Shown: positions 44,765 through 56,225, counted from the stretch's first letter. The stretch is 64,000 nucleotides of DNA from an uncultured Nitrososphaerales archaeon (GCA_963709405.1 CAVPXM010000021.1:160001-224000), one strand, 5' to 3'. The notes: generated by a model from the sequence alone, not told the origin. Translations and numbers: made by a program.

Positions 44765-45464
44765 TTCTATTCCAGAAACCGAGGAAATCAATGTTTTACA
44801 ACTTTCTGATTCTTTTTTCCCAACTGGGATGTATACAACATCCAGTGGTCTTGAAGCGTTGTTTTACAGTAAGAATAAAATAAAAAATCCGGACGAGTTG
44901 ATGGGTTTGATAAGGATATACCTGGAGCATCAGATGGGACCAGCTGATTGCACCGCCTTGGGAGTAGCGTATGAGTGTATTGAAAGAAATGACATTGACG
45001 GGTTGATCGATGTAGATCAAACTATCTATTCAATGAAACTTGTCGAAGAAGTGAGGAACGCATCTGTAAGATCTGGCACGCAGCTATTGAAATGTGTGAA
45101 CTATTTCCTGACTAATAATAATACTATGAATAATTATCAAGAGGCTATTAGGAAGCATGAGGCTACTGGTGTGTATCCTGTAGCACTAGCGGTGGCAAGT
45201 CACTCGTTAGGGATTTCAAAAAATAGCAGTGGCGTCATGATGCTCTATAGTTTTACTGTCAGCATTATAGGAGCAGCACTTAGACTAGGAATGCTCCAAC
45301 ATTTTGAAGGTCAGAAATTGATCCATCAATTGAAGCCTTCAATCTTAGCGGCCGTAGCAAATAACATAAATAGACCACTTTCCAGTATATGGCAATTCAC
45401 ACCCGGTATTGATATTTTGCAAATATCCCATGAACTAATGCCGTCAAAAATGTTTATTACTTGA
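44754..45464 (+). CDS. ureF: Urease accessory protein UreF
   Basis: LQLSDSFFPTG....SGLE, AALRL, HE....KMF.T. Confidence 0.93.
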   Translation: MNINSIPETEEINVLQLSDSFFPTGMYTTSSGLEALFYSKNKIKNPDELMGLIRIYLEHQMGPADCTALGVAYECIERNDIDGLIDVDQTIYSMKLVEEVRNASVRSGTQLLKCVNYFLTNNNTMNNYQEAIRKHEATGVYPVALAVASHSLGISKNSSGVMMLYSFTVSIIGAALRLGMLQHFEGQKLIHQLKPSILAAVANNINRPLSSIWQFTPGIDILQISHELMPSKMFIT

Positions 45465-45483
45465 ATGGGTAGTACGCTCCATA

Positions 45484-46146
45484 ATGAGCTCAAATAGAAT
45501 TCCCAGAGTTGGAATTGGCGGACCTGTTGGTTCAGGAAAAACTATGCTGATTGAACAAGTTGTTCCTTTGTTATCATCAAAAGGATATAAAATTGGCATC
45601 ATTTCAAATGATGTAGTATCACGCGAAGATGCTGATAGAATGAGAAGAAATCTGGCAACTGAAAAGGGATTGATGGCAGAAGATCTTGTTATAGGCCTTG
45701 CAACAGGAGGATGTCCTCATACTGCGGTGCGTGAAGACCCTTCAATGAACATATCGGTTGTCGAGGAGATGGAGTCAAAACACGACGATCTTGATCTGAT
45801 TTTAATAGAAAGTGGTGGGGATAATATTACAACAACTTTTAGCCCTGCCTTGGCCGATTATTTTATTTATATTATAGATGTGGCGGGAGGTGACAAGTAT
45901 CCTAGGAAGCGTGGTCTAGGGATAGAAACATGTGATCTTTTGGTGATAAATAAGATAGATATTGCTCCATCTGTGGGTGCCGACCTTAGTGTGATGGACA
46001 GGGATGCCAAGACTTTACGTGGAGACAAACCACACGTATTTGTTAATTCCAAGACAGGTCAAGGAGTCAAGGAAGTAACAGAAAATATCGTACGAAACGT
46101 CCTCTTCGGTCAACCTCCAAAAACCACGGCAAAAAATTGGGCTTGA
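45484..46146 (+). CDS. ureG: Urease accessory GTPase UreG
   Basis: GGPVGSGKT, TGGCPH, ESGGDN, INKID. Confidence 0.97.
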   Translation: MSSNRIPRVGIGGPVGSGKTMLIEQVVPLLSSKGYKIGIISNDVVSREDADRMRRNLATEKGLMAEDLVIGLATGGCPHTAVREDPSMNISVVEEMESKHDDLDLILIESGGDNITTTFSPALADYFIYIIDVAGGDKYPRKRGLGIETCDLLVINKIDIAPSVGADLSVMDRDAKTLRGDKPHVFVNSKTGQGVKEVTENIVRNVLFGQPPKTTAKNWA

Positions 46147-46149
46147 TGA

Positions 46150-47079
46150 ATGAGCGAGATTCAATTCTACATACCTAAGGATATACCACCAGAGGTACTT
46201 GCATATGGACATGACTTGGATCAACTTGGGGTGGGCAAAGCCGGAAAGATCGGAGCATTGGTATTAAAGCTGGAAGGGGATACTGAGAGAGGAAAAACAA
46301 TAGTTACCGAGCAGTATTCAAAGGTGCCTCTCTTTACTCAGCGTGCACTATACCTTGAAGAATCACTTCCTTCAATGGCTTACATGTTTATTATTTCACC
46401 TTCAGGAGGGATCCTTCAAGGTGATAGGTATAGGATGGATATTACGCTTGCGAATGGCGCCTGTGCCCACCTAACTACCCAGGGTGCAACGAGGCTTTAC
46501 AGAATGGAAAAAAATTATGCTACTCAAATCGTGAATGTGTCAGTTGATGATGGTTGTTATTTTGAATTTATTCCCGATCAAATAATTCCTTATAGAGATT
46601 CAAGGTTCTATCAAACTCTTACCCTGCGTGTGCATGATAATGCGACAGTTGTGTACTCTGAGATGATTGTTCCTGGAAGGGTAGCAAGCGGTGAATCCTT
46701 TGAGTATGACATATGCTATCTTAAGGCTTTAGCCAGGAATCATATCAACACACTGAGATTCATCGATGTTGCTATATTGGAGCCAAAAAAGAGGAATTTG
46801 AACCATGTTGGAATATTGGGAAGATACACTACTGTAGGTAGCATCTATATACTCACACAAGAAAAATATGTCCGAAGTCTTAATGAAAAGATCAATTCAA
46901 AATTAGGTGAGATTGAAGGCATATCTGGGGGTTCATCCATTTTACCTCATAGCTCAGGAGTTGTTACTAGAATGCTCGGATTTCATGCTGAAGACATACG
47001 AAAAGCGATATTTGAAGTGCTCAAAATAGTTAGGAAACAGATTTTGAATGCTTCGTTTAGTGGAGTCAGAAAGGGATGA
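46150..47079 (+). CDS. ureD: Urease accessory protein UreD
   Basis: SGGILQGD, TTQGAT.LY, P...IP...S.F.Q, GR.A.GE.F. Confidence 0.93.
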   Translation: MSEIQFYIPKDIPPEVLAYGHDLDQLGVGKAGKIGALVLKLEGDTERGKTIVTEQYSKVPLFTQRALYLEESLPSMAYMFIISPSGGILQGDRYRMDITLANGACAHLTTQGATRLYRMEKNYATQIVNVSVDDGCYFEFIPDQIIPYRDSRFYQTLTLRVHDNATVVYSEMIVPGRVASGESFEYDICYLKALARNHINTLRFIDVAILEPKKRNLNHVGILGRYTTVGSIYILTQEKYVRSLNEKINSKLGEIEGISGGSSILPHSSGVVTRMLGFHAEDIRKAIFEVLKIVRKQILNASFSGVRKG

Positions 47080-47149
47080 ATGATTCTACGAACTAATACT
47101 GTTAATTCAAAAGTCAATAGTATGGCTAGAGAATTCTGATAAGTTGGGG

Positions 47150-47302
47150 TTATCGTCTATCCGTAATCCAAAATTCAGTAACTCGTAAATTGTGATGTGT
47201 CTCATTCGCATGAGAATCTGCTGCTGATAGTCTGTCAAAAACCTCATCGCAATTTTCACACCACGCTGTGAAGTTTTTACTATGTTTATCAAATGCATTC
47301 AT
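47150..47302 (-). CDS. 50-aa C2H2-like zinc-finger microprotein
   Basis: MNAFDKHSKNFTAWCENCDEVFDRLSAADSHANETHH...; CxxC-x3-F-x8-H-x4/5-H. Confidence 0.55.
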   Translation of the reverse strand: MNAFDKHSKNFTAWCENCDEVFDRLSAADSHANETHHNLRVTEFWITDRR

Positions 47303-47485
47303 AGCTTCTATTACATACTTGATTTCATATAAAACTTGAGCTACGGGAATTAAGAATATACCTATCATAGTAGATGAGTGATAAGATTCGATGTAAGCTG
47401 AAGTGCTGTATCTTTAGGAGTGGAGCATCCTGCAAAGAATTGCCATTATAGTACTTTATAAGATTTTTAACGGTAGTTGAACCTG

Positions 47486-47628
47486 CTACTTGAAAATTAC
47501 AATTTTGTGAGATTATTCTTGATCATTTCCGACCAAAAATATCTAGCCTGAATTTTTTTGCAAAAATCAAATCAAATAGAGCCTAATTCCTATCGCAAGG
47601 AGAGATAGAATAGCTGAATATACTTTAG
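47486..47628 (+). repeat. 143-bp direct repeat, copy 1
   Basis: Matches 53877..54019 with 3 substitutions by visual alignment. Confidence 0.9.
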
Positions 47629-48167
47629 TCTGAGTGGCATAAATTTTACGTGCTTGATAGCAATAGTCACACAAGTTCTATATGAATATTCAGTTATCAG
47701 ATTAGGAGATTCGGCCAAAATTCAGCAAAGGTAAGCCTTATTTGACAAATATCCATCAACTAGAAAGCTAAGTGAAGCCTATAGCTCATCTATCAGATCA
47801 GCTTGTGTCTTTATCAGCTAGGTTACAGGAAATCGAAAGGAGACGGGATGTTGGCGCGTGCTGAAGTTACATTATGAACAGAAAATAACAAACCTAAAAA
47901 TGCGCGCACTCTAGTTCAGCAGAAATATCGCTAGGGACTTGCACGCAGTATGGGCCCAAGTGGGTTAGATTCCCGTAGGTAAAGGGGCTAGTTACCATTA
48001 GCAGAGATATATCTGGTTTACAGGTTAAAAAGTGCTTCAGTTTGTTGAACCATGCTTCTCTAGATCGACTATCCCTAAGTCAAGAAATCTCCTCTATTAT
48101 TCTCACTATATCGTATGGTATTGTTGATATCTTCAGATTCAAGATCGATTTTTTTTACCGTACCTCT

Positions 48168-48805
48168 TCATCGACCTCTTGCGGGAGATGTGAGCCATTC
48201 ATATATATCCTGAAATACATATTCTTCCATTTGACCATATGAGGTTATCCATTGATTGGAAGGGACAAATGTATGTCCAAGATCTGGATAGACAATCATT
48301 AGATGGTCAGGATGATTTACTTCTGTTAATCTTTGTTGTAACAGCGACGCTTGTTCAAGTGGGTTTGGCTATCATTTTTTCCTACGAGTATGAGGATACC
48401 GATATTTGAAGACACGTTCCCTATCATGCTATTGACACTACCCAGGGCAGAAAACGATTTTCCATAACTAGGGCAACCAAAGATGTTTATGCATTTGGCT
48501 GACAGCAGTGAGGCATTTGGAGATGTATCATTTTCATATACTCTTACAAGTGCAGGCTTGAGCTCATTTTCAATACTAATTAAATCATCATTCGTAGTTG
48601 TTTTGTTCAGGTAATGTACCGTTGCGATTATCAGTAACGTTAGTCTGGTTGAGAAGAAGCTGAGTCAGGTTCCCACCAACCAAAGTCTGAAAGATAGGAT
48701 CTTTTGATGCTTCCTTCACTGATATCTGTCCAGGATGACCTTTATCTAATATGTTTTCAGCATAAAGAAGAGGATTTGCAACTTCCTGGAAATATATAAT
48801 ATCAA
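48168..48805 (-). pseudogene. C-terminal remnant of an alpha/beta-hydrolase (S9 peptidase-like)
   Basis: Manual translation across frameshifts: ILILVGKNDSQT...QQRLTEVNHPDHLMIVYPDLGHTF...QDIYEWL; no N-terminus or Ser motif. Confidence 0.65.
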
Positions 48806-48961
48806 CCTAAGGAAGAATTCAGGTGCATTATCATATGCATTACACAACAGATAATGAGAAAGTTAAAATAGACTTCTTGCAGAGGCTATATTTCGTATTG
48901 CTACAAAAGCATCAATCCATAAAGAAATCCAACTGAAAGACTATAACAAAATTAATTCATC

Positions 48962-49573
48962 ACTACCGGAGACGTGGCTGATGCGTGATTTATGGCAAAC
49001 AACAAACATGAATTACGGAGCAAGATGGGGTCTAGCGAAAAATCCTAAAAGGCTCAAAAGTAGTGGCGTTAAACGACTACTCGAACGAGCTATATGGGAG
49101 CAGGGAATTCGTCAACCATTGAAAGAAGGCACGAAGCGTCATGAATGAAAGGGCAGCACATGGCTTTCGCAAGTTCTACAAAACAAGGGTGGAGCAAGTT
49201 ATGAGGCCCATTAACGTGGAAATTACAATGGGACATGATATAGGCCTTTCAGCTTCCTATTACAAACCTACAGAACGGGAGGTTCTAGAGGACCATTTGA
49301 AAGCCGTGCCATTACTTACAATATATGGAGAACATCTTGCTCTGCAAAGGAAGGTCGAAGAACTCAGAGAAAAAAGTAGGGAAGAGAATTATATCATCAA
49401 AGGAAAGTTATCGGAAAAAGAACAAGAGATACGGCTGTCGACAGCGGGATTCGGTAAATACAGATTCCATCGCCGGTCTGTCAGACCAACTGGCTATGGT
49501 GATGCAAGACATCGAGGACATAAAGCGGACGCGAATTGCATTACAATCAGTGTCAGAACCTAGTGATGATTAG
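48962..49573 (+). pseudogene. Tyrosine recombinase/integrase C-terminal remnant
   Basis: WLMRDLW...KRLLERA.W.QG.R...RHE*, then AHGFRKF, MGH and SYY catalytic elements with a coiled-coil tail. Internal stop and frameshifts; N-terminus missing. Confidence 0.8.
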
Positions 49574-49956
49574 GCTATCTGTGGTAGAACATACTGGACA
49601 GGTCCAGCTTGTAGGGTCGCCTTCAGGCAGCATAAATTCGTTTTATGTCAAAATAAGACTGGGTTCAATGAATGTCCGCCAGAGATTCAGAAAAATAATG
49701 CAGACATCCCCAATCTGAACCCAGAAGTCAAACAAGAAGACATTCTCCCAACGAATGATGGTTTGCTACCGGCGATCAGTTATCATCAGAATGAAGATGA
49801 AACGCCTCAGTCAACCTGTAGGACTTTAATTTGTGATACTAAAGACTTGTTTTAAGTGTCCCGAGTTTCCTCCAAGATCACCAATCCTGCTCCTGCAAAG
49901 CTCTATATATCACCTACATAAAAGTCGATAGTAGATCCGATAACAGTAGGATAATA

Positions 49957-50481
49957 TTGTATATTATAATTATCGTCATTGTAATTGTTACCAGAATCAA
50001 ATGGACCAAACATGGAAGAAAGGTAACGAAGCGAATAATTGTGGCCGACTCTATTTTCTTTTCTGCGTTAGCTTCTATTTTTATTTTTGATTCATTTTAT
50101 AATATTGGTGTTCAAATTTTATATCTTATTCCTTATTTAATTCTGTTCTTAGCCTTCGAACATATTTCTTATATGCGTTCAAATCGGCTAATATGGTTCT
50201 GGAAGGATTCGAAGTCTGATTCTATTTATGTCAAGGGCGGAACACACATCCATTATGCATACATTATAGGAACAGCATCACGCCTTATAATATCAGTCTT
50301 GTTTATTGGCGGTTTGTTTGCACGTAGTCGAGAAGGGATAATACATATTGATAATTCTGCAACCATGGTGTTTGATTTGTTATTAATGATTTGTTTCGGC
50401 TTGTTAATAGGAATAAATAGAAGGGTACTTATTCGATACAATTTAATTAAAGAAGGAAAAGAAAAGATCTCGCAAAGGTAG
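49957..50481 (+). CDS. Membrane protein (CcdC/DUF1453-like)
   Basis: About 5 hydrophobic segments; FW......IYVKGG motif. Confidence 0.55.
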   Translation: MYIIIIVIVIVTRIKWTKHGRKVTKRIIVADSIFFSALASIFIFDSFYNIGVQILYLIPYLILFLAFEHISYMRSNRLIWFWKDSKSDSIYVKGGTHIHYAYIIGTASRLIISVLFIGGLFARSREGIIHIDNSATMVFDLLLMICFGLLIGINRRVLIRYNLIKEGKEKISQR

Positions 50482-50616
50482 AAATACGATCGCTCACTCT
50501 TGTTTCAATCCTAAATACTGTACTGATACCAAGCGAGCTAAAAAAGCGCAACAACTAACAACCATGAAAAAAGCATATAAGAAAAGATACCGTAATATTG
50601 TTAACGAGTCCTATTC

Positions 50617-51129
50617 GTGTTGTCGCTGGCGATGCTGGTGGATTTAAATAGCACCTTTAAGTTAAGTTATCCTCGATTGTCTTCTAGATCAGATGATGAT
50701 CCTGTAAAGCGTTCATCCACTGAGCGCTATTCTAGTGTTGCTTCCAATCTAGATTGGGTTATTGTGTTGATACCAGCTTCTTCAATTTTTTTTGGTTTTC
50801 TCTTACATATTTCAGTGAACCCTCCATCATACTTTCATTTTTCTGATAGCATCATCCTCTTGGTGGCACTATATGCTGTAACAGTAGCAACAGTTATGTT
50901 TATAATGCCAGTTATCCACCATTCAACTCATTATCACCAGTTAGATGTAGAGAGATTTCTTTTTACAACGAAGGGGTATGCTATGTTAGGTATTTTTTGC
51001 ATAATGGTTGCGATGTACTTAGGTCTAGGATTGGTGCTGAATTCTAAGCTACCAATACAAATTGCATATGGTTTGGCTTCTTTGCCATTCATCTTTGTTT
51101 TCCTTCGATTCTTCAAACAAACACACTAA
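50617..51129 (+). CDS. Four-TM membrane protein, single domain (DUF6328-like)
   Basis: IFFGFLL...AT..F.MPV.HH pattern; paralog of both halves of the next gene. Confidence 0.65.
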   Translation: MLSLAMLVDLNSTFKLSYPRLSSRSDDDPVKRSSTERYSSVASNLDWVIVLIPASSIFFGFLLHISVNPPSYFHFSDSIILLVALYAVTVATVMFIMPVIHHSTHYHQLDVERFLFTTKGYAMLGIFCIMVAMYLGLGLVLNSKLPIQIAYGLASLPFIFVFLRFFKQTH

Positions 51130-51377
51130 TCCACAACCAGGAAGTTATTGGAAAATGGATTTCTTAGAGGTACAAAACAGAACCTTTCCTTATCGTGAGA
51201 ATTTGGGCATAGCCACAACGCAGAATTATTTCAATCTGACACTGTAAAATGGTACTACACAAGTAGAGTGATTGCATTATTAGCTTGAAAAAAAGCAGTT
51301 GCTTTCGCTAGGAAAGCAAGAATCCACATAGATCATGGTTTATATTCTTATCAAATAATAGACACGGGTATCCTCGA

Positions 51378-52301
51378 ATGCCATCTCAAGCGGACGATGA
51401 TCCCATAAACCGGTCTTCTACTGAGCCCTATGATAGAGTTGGTGCATCTTTGCGTTGGAGTCAAATATTAGGAGCAGCTTCTTCAATTTTTTTTGGTTTT
51501 CTCTTAAATATCGCAGTGAACCCTCCATCATACTTTCATTTTTCTGATAGCATGATCCTCTTGGCAGCACTTTATGCAGTAACAGTGGCAACAGTTATGT
51601 TCGTAATGCCAGTTATCCATCATCTCATTCACTATCGTCAGTTTGATGTGGAGGAATTTCTTTTAAAAATCAAGAAATACACTTTGATAGGTATCTTTTG
51701 CATAATGGTTGCAATGTACTTGGCTCTAGGGTTGTCGGGAGGTTCCAAGCTACCATTGGGGATTGCATATGGTTTAGCTTCATTACCTTTCATCTTTATT
51801 TTCCTTCGATTCTATAGGTATGCTCCCACTAATCTCACTAAAAGTTCCTCTACTGAGCCCTATGATAGAGTTGGCGCGGGTATGCGTTGGTGTCAAATCC
51901 TCGCAGCAGTGTCTTCAATTTTTTTTGGATTTCTCTTAAATATCACAGTGAACCCTCCATCATACTTTCATTTTTCTGATAGCATGATCCTCTTGGCAGC
52001 ACTTTATGCAGTAACAGTAGCAACAGTTATGTTTATAATGCCAGTTATCCACCATTCAACTCACTACCGCCAATTTGATGTAGAGAGATTTCTTTTGATA
52101 ACAAAGGAGTATGTTATCATAGGAATCATTTGCATAATGGTTGCGATGTACTTAGGTCTAGGATTGGCCCTAAATTCCAAGTTACCCATTCAGATTGCGT
52201 ATGGTTTGGCTTCTTTGCCATTCATTTTCATTTTCTTTCGATTCTTCAAAAATACACGCCCTGCTGACAGTAGCTCCTCTAGAGAGACTGCTTTGACGTA
52301 G
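51378..52301 (+). CDS. Membrane protein with an internally duplicated DUF6328-like domain
   Basis: Two near-identical ~150-aa halves, each beginning SSTEPYDRVGA. Confidence 0.75.
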   Translation: MPSQADDDPINRSSTEPYDRVGASLRWSQILGAASSIFFGFLLNIAVNPPSYFHFSDSMILLAALYAVTVATVMFVMPVIHHLIHYRQFDVEEFLLKIKKYTLIGIFCIMVAMYLALGLSGGSKLPLGIAYGLASLPFIFIFLRFYRYAPTNLTKSSSTEPYDRVGAGMRWCQILAAVSSIFFGFLLNITVNPPSYFHFSDSMILLAALYAVTVATVMFIMPVIHHSTHYRQFDVERFLLITKEYVIIGIICIMVAMYLGLGLALNSKLPIQIAYGLASLPFIFIFFRFFKNTRPADSSSSRETALT

Positions 52302-53148
52302 GCAATTCTATTAAGGTAGTAGGCTATTCTATCCTCTCAGCGCTAATTTATTGTATTGTCATTCGAGTAACTGCATAATGTAATTGTTTCAGGCATTTGG
52401 TATCATAAGCTTCTTAATAAGAGTCAACACAATAAATAGGAAAACGATTTGCTTGCGTTTTTTAACTGACCCATGATGTATCAAAATTATAACTTAGCCC
52501 ACGATTCACGGAAACATGCAATCATCCACCCACCCTTAACTAACGGAAATTATAGATTTTCGTTTCGTTTAAGGGCTTGGCGAGATAGGTCTTGGTTAAT
52601 TCGTTTTACTGCGCCATGATTTCTATTTACAAGTGACGTCTTTTGCATTTGCATTTTCATACACTCTTTAATATCTCATATTTTATTTTATAGTAATGAA
52701 GTCTGCTCAAATTGACAGTACGGAGTCAGCGAGAAATTTCTGAGTATTTCACTGATAAATAGTGCAGAAAATTTCTCGTATTAAGCATGAATCTTAGGCT
52801 ATAAATTGTAAGCAGATTACCATCTGGTGACTAATACCCGTAGTCTGCCGCACTCATCTGGCATACCGTGTCTTAAGTTTTATGTATAGTTTTGAGCGAA
52901 CCAGGCATAAGACTCTACAATGGGTAGGACTCCCTGCCTAAATGGATATCTGGGCTTTATAGTAATCCTGCAACTAACACAATGGGATTGTCACAATTAA
53001 CAGGAGACGATATAAAAGCAATGATTCAACGCAGAATCGATATGAAGCAGAAGGAAATCAACATCTACATGGAAAATTGACAATTTAATGTGTCTGGAGT
53101 ATCAAATGTTCGTTCTGAGAAAACGAATATTACCAGTTACACTACTTG

Positions 53149-53338
53149 CTAGCGAGATTGAGATCTGTATCTCATTGCTACTCCATACCTTTTAAACCCA
53201 TTTTTTTCGTAAAATGCTACATTACTTTCCGAACAATCCAAAATAACCTTATAACAGCCAAGGTTGGCCGAAAATTCGAGCGCCCTTTCCACCAAAGCTG
53301 AACCAATCCCTATACCTTCGTAGCCCTTACGCGTTACG
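53149..53338 (-). pseudogene. 3' half of a GNA1-like GNAT paralog
   Basis: VTRKGYEGIGIGSALVERALEFSANLGCYKVILDC...FYEKNGFKRYGVAMR; homologous to 28835..29287. Confidence 0.8.
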
Positions 53339-53512
53339 TGGTAATCTGGTATTATTAGAAGGCATTCTTTTCCGACATTATCAGATATAATCTGATTTGG
53401 ATCTTAGCTGAACCAATCCCTATACCTTCGTAGCCCTTACGCGTTACGTGGTAATCTGGTATTATTAGAAGGCATTCTTTTCCGACATTATCAGATATAA
53501 TCTGATTTGGAT
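53296..53512 (+). repeat. Tandem duplication: two identical 107-bp copies, 110-bp period
   Basis: 53296..53402 = 53406..53512. Confidence 0.92.
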
Positions 53513-53520
53513 TAAGAGTC

Positions 53521-53874
53521 CTATGATTTAGCCAACACGTTGTATAAGTAGGTATTTTCTATCTTTAACTTCTCCAAACTTATAGGTAGATATCCACTTC
53601 TCTTAGCAGAATTAATATTATATTTGAGCATATAATTAGGATTGAAATCTAATCTTCTTAATGAACGGCATCTATCACGCCAATTCTATATCATGTTATA
53701 TGCTTCTTCAGACGAATATTTTCTAATATTGATAAAGTAAGGAGAAAGGATGCACCACACTACCAATTTCCTATAATCTTCTACAGCAGTTTGTAATATC
53801 TTCTCTATCCACTGTATCGTATTCATAATTCTCACACTGGTCCTTGTTGCATTTTCAAGAGATCGAATCCTCAC
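53521..53874 (-). pseudogene. PriX-like (primase non-catalytic subunit) domain remnant with in-frame stop
   Basis: IQWIEKILQT..EDYRK.V.W.ILSPY..NIR, stop, then W.D.C..LR.LDF...YN..SAKR.GYLPISL..LK.EN. Confidence 0.65.
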
Positions 53875-53876
53875 CT

Positions 53877-54019
53877 CTACTTGAAAATTACAATTTTGCG
53901 AGATTATTCTTGATCATTTCCGACCAAAAATATTTAGCCTGAATTATTTTGCAAAAATCAAATCAAATAGAGCCTAATTCCTATCGCAAGGAGAGATAGA
54001 ATAGCTGAATATACTTTAG
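53877..54019 (+). repeat. 143-bp direct repeat, copy 2
   Basis: Matches 47486..47628. Confidence 0.9.
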
Positions 54020-54097
54020 CCATTAGATGCTCTGTTGAAAGACATGTAAAAGTCGCCCTCTATGATTCATTAGGATTTAGATTATACGAGTCTTTAG

Positions 54098-54410
54098 CTA
54101 GGTCATTCGATTGAATATGTTATATAGAGCTGCCCTTAGGAAGATCTCCTTTGCCATGTTAGAAAACTTTCTGGCAGTTACATATTCACCAAACATCCTT
54201 TTAATGGAAGAGAATGCTGTTTCTGCTATCCTTAAGATCTTACCATCATGTACCTCTTTGCTTGTTACCTCCAGAATCTTCTTGTTCTTGATATCAACTG
54301 TATCTTTAGATATCCTTTTCTAACATGCCATTTATGCCGCATCCATTCTCCACGATTAGCTACTTTAATGCCAGGTACTGTCTAAAGGAATGACAATATC
54401 ATTTGGAACA
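54098..54410 (-). mobile_element. Internally deleted IS5-family (IS903-like) transposase remnant
   Basis: Manual translation LDST/GIKVANRGEWMRHKW..RKGYLKI..VD...EVHDG..//AETAFSSIKRMFGE. Confidence 0.75.
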
Positions 54411-54997
54411 CAGATAGTCGGCTGTGCCGAAGCTGAATTTGGAGGAATATTCGTCTGTATTGGGTTCGATGAACACGAAATGCATTTTGATTTGCCTAGG
54501 CTAACATACAATGATGTATATACAGGCGTATACTGTGCTATGGATCACCGGGTTGGCACAAAGGCATTCTATGAATGCATTACAGACAATGACTAAATAG
54601 CGTTTAGCATTCGGCTAAAATAGCAGCAGCAATGTTCAGCCCCAGAATCATATTTTCTCGCGCCAGTCTTAGGGGCGACTACTTTATAGTATCCAAGGAT
54701 TGGAACAGTAATGACATATACAAGTTTACGGGTTGGTTTGATGAGGAGTGACTCTTGCTAATGGTTTCACATTTAGGAGTTGTACAGTCATCAAGCCCCA
54801 AAATAATTCTTATCTATAGAGCACGTTATTTGACGCGCCCTCATGATAGAAATGTAAATCCCTTCATCATACTGAGGCGTCAGTCTACACCTAGGACGCA
54901 GCGTTTTCAATAAAATTTATAATCTCCCGTGCTGCATATCGTTAATATAGAACACTTTTTCCGATATTATGCTGGATCTGATGAAAAATCCGATGGA

Positions 54998-55266
54998 GGT
55001 CTAAAAGAAAGAGGTCAGTTGATGTTCTGAATGTATTAGAGGATTGGATAATCCTTAATGGTAAGCCCAGGAAGATAATGCATGATAACGGTAAACAGTT
55101 TACATCCAAAATATTTAGACGCTTTCTTGTACACGATCAGATAAAGGATAAGCAAATACCAACTTCTTATCTGCAGTTACAAGGGAAAATAGAAGCATAT
55201 AACAAGATAGTAAAGAATGAGTTCCTAGCAATAGAAGATATACCAAGCATAGACGACGGAAAACAA
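54998..55266 (+). mobile_element. IS481/IS3-like (rve integrase core) transposase remnant, copy A
   Basis: GKP..IMHDNGKQFTS...QGKIEAYNK..KNEF; similar at nucleotide level to about 60790..61060. Confidence 0.75.
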
Positions 55267-56225
55267 CTTGTTGTATTTGCGCAGGCCTGCACGTTAGATA
55301 TCCTGTAGGGTCTTTAGTTCTTGATCTAGTAGTAACCTCCTATCACTTGCCATAGTGGTTGAAGTTGCTGACATATAGAATACCATCCAGTTTCTAGCGT
55401 AATTTTGGATTCAGTCTCGAAATCACGAATTAGTATAGATTGTCAAGGAATAATAGGGATCTACTATTTATTACTATGTTTGAAATCGTCCTTGAATGAC
55501 TTTATTTCTGAATTAAGTCTACAAAACTAGAGTGTAAGTAATAGCAGACTGACGTAGATCCCCTATTCAGATTTTGTAATGATCTTTGTTCTCTGTTATG
55601 TGTTAAACGAAAGGACTCTGGCTCACTCCATTCAATTCCCTCCAAAAAAAGTAACCAAGACATTATAGTTGCAATTTCATCGTGTGAAGATGATCCATTA
55701 TAATGCCCACTCTCTGACCAACAAATATACCTCTAGTAATCGGATCGTCATCAATCATTTTTTCGAGATTCCAAACTTGGATATACATCTGTTCCCAGAT
55801 TCTTACTACTTGCTTAACGGTCATAGCAGAATTTTCTATTTATTATCCAATGATTAAATATCACATGGTTTATCCGTAAATTCCTAATTCTTCAACTTTA
55901 TGAATTGCTATTTCCAGTTTTTATCTTTCATTTCTATAATAGCTCAAAAAGTATCCTTACAAAGAATGATAATGACAAACAATAAACATGACATGCATTG
56001 CAATGCATACAAACATATATAATTGAATTTGACTTTCTGAACTATGATACTAACCATTCATGTACTACAATATCATGTCCTCTTATTATACAAATTTGAT
56101 AGATGGTTTAGAATTGTAAATAGCCATAACCTACTGTTAACCTGTTACCGAGAAGGTTTTCCCAAGGTAAGAGATTGCAATGCAGATCCCTCATCCACAT
56201 AGCTATAAATCGAAGTTTTTGAAGA

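Noticed and set aside
47902-47980. tRNA-like look (GCGCGCA...TAGTTCAGC...GTGGG-TTAGATT-CCCGT T-arm mimic) near the integrase relics
   Set aside because: No matching acceptor stem, and the T-loop deviates from TTCGA; at most a degenerate remnant. tRNAscan-SE would decide.
53296-53512. Repeated 107-bp unit as a possible CRISPR array
   Set aside because: Only two long adjacent copies, no spacers and no cas genes
54390-55860. Short ORFs 54390..54596 and 55669..55857
   Set aside because: They lie in IS-scarred DNA with no recognisable domain; probably spurious
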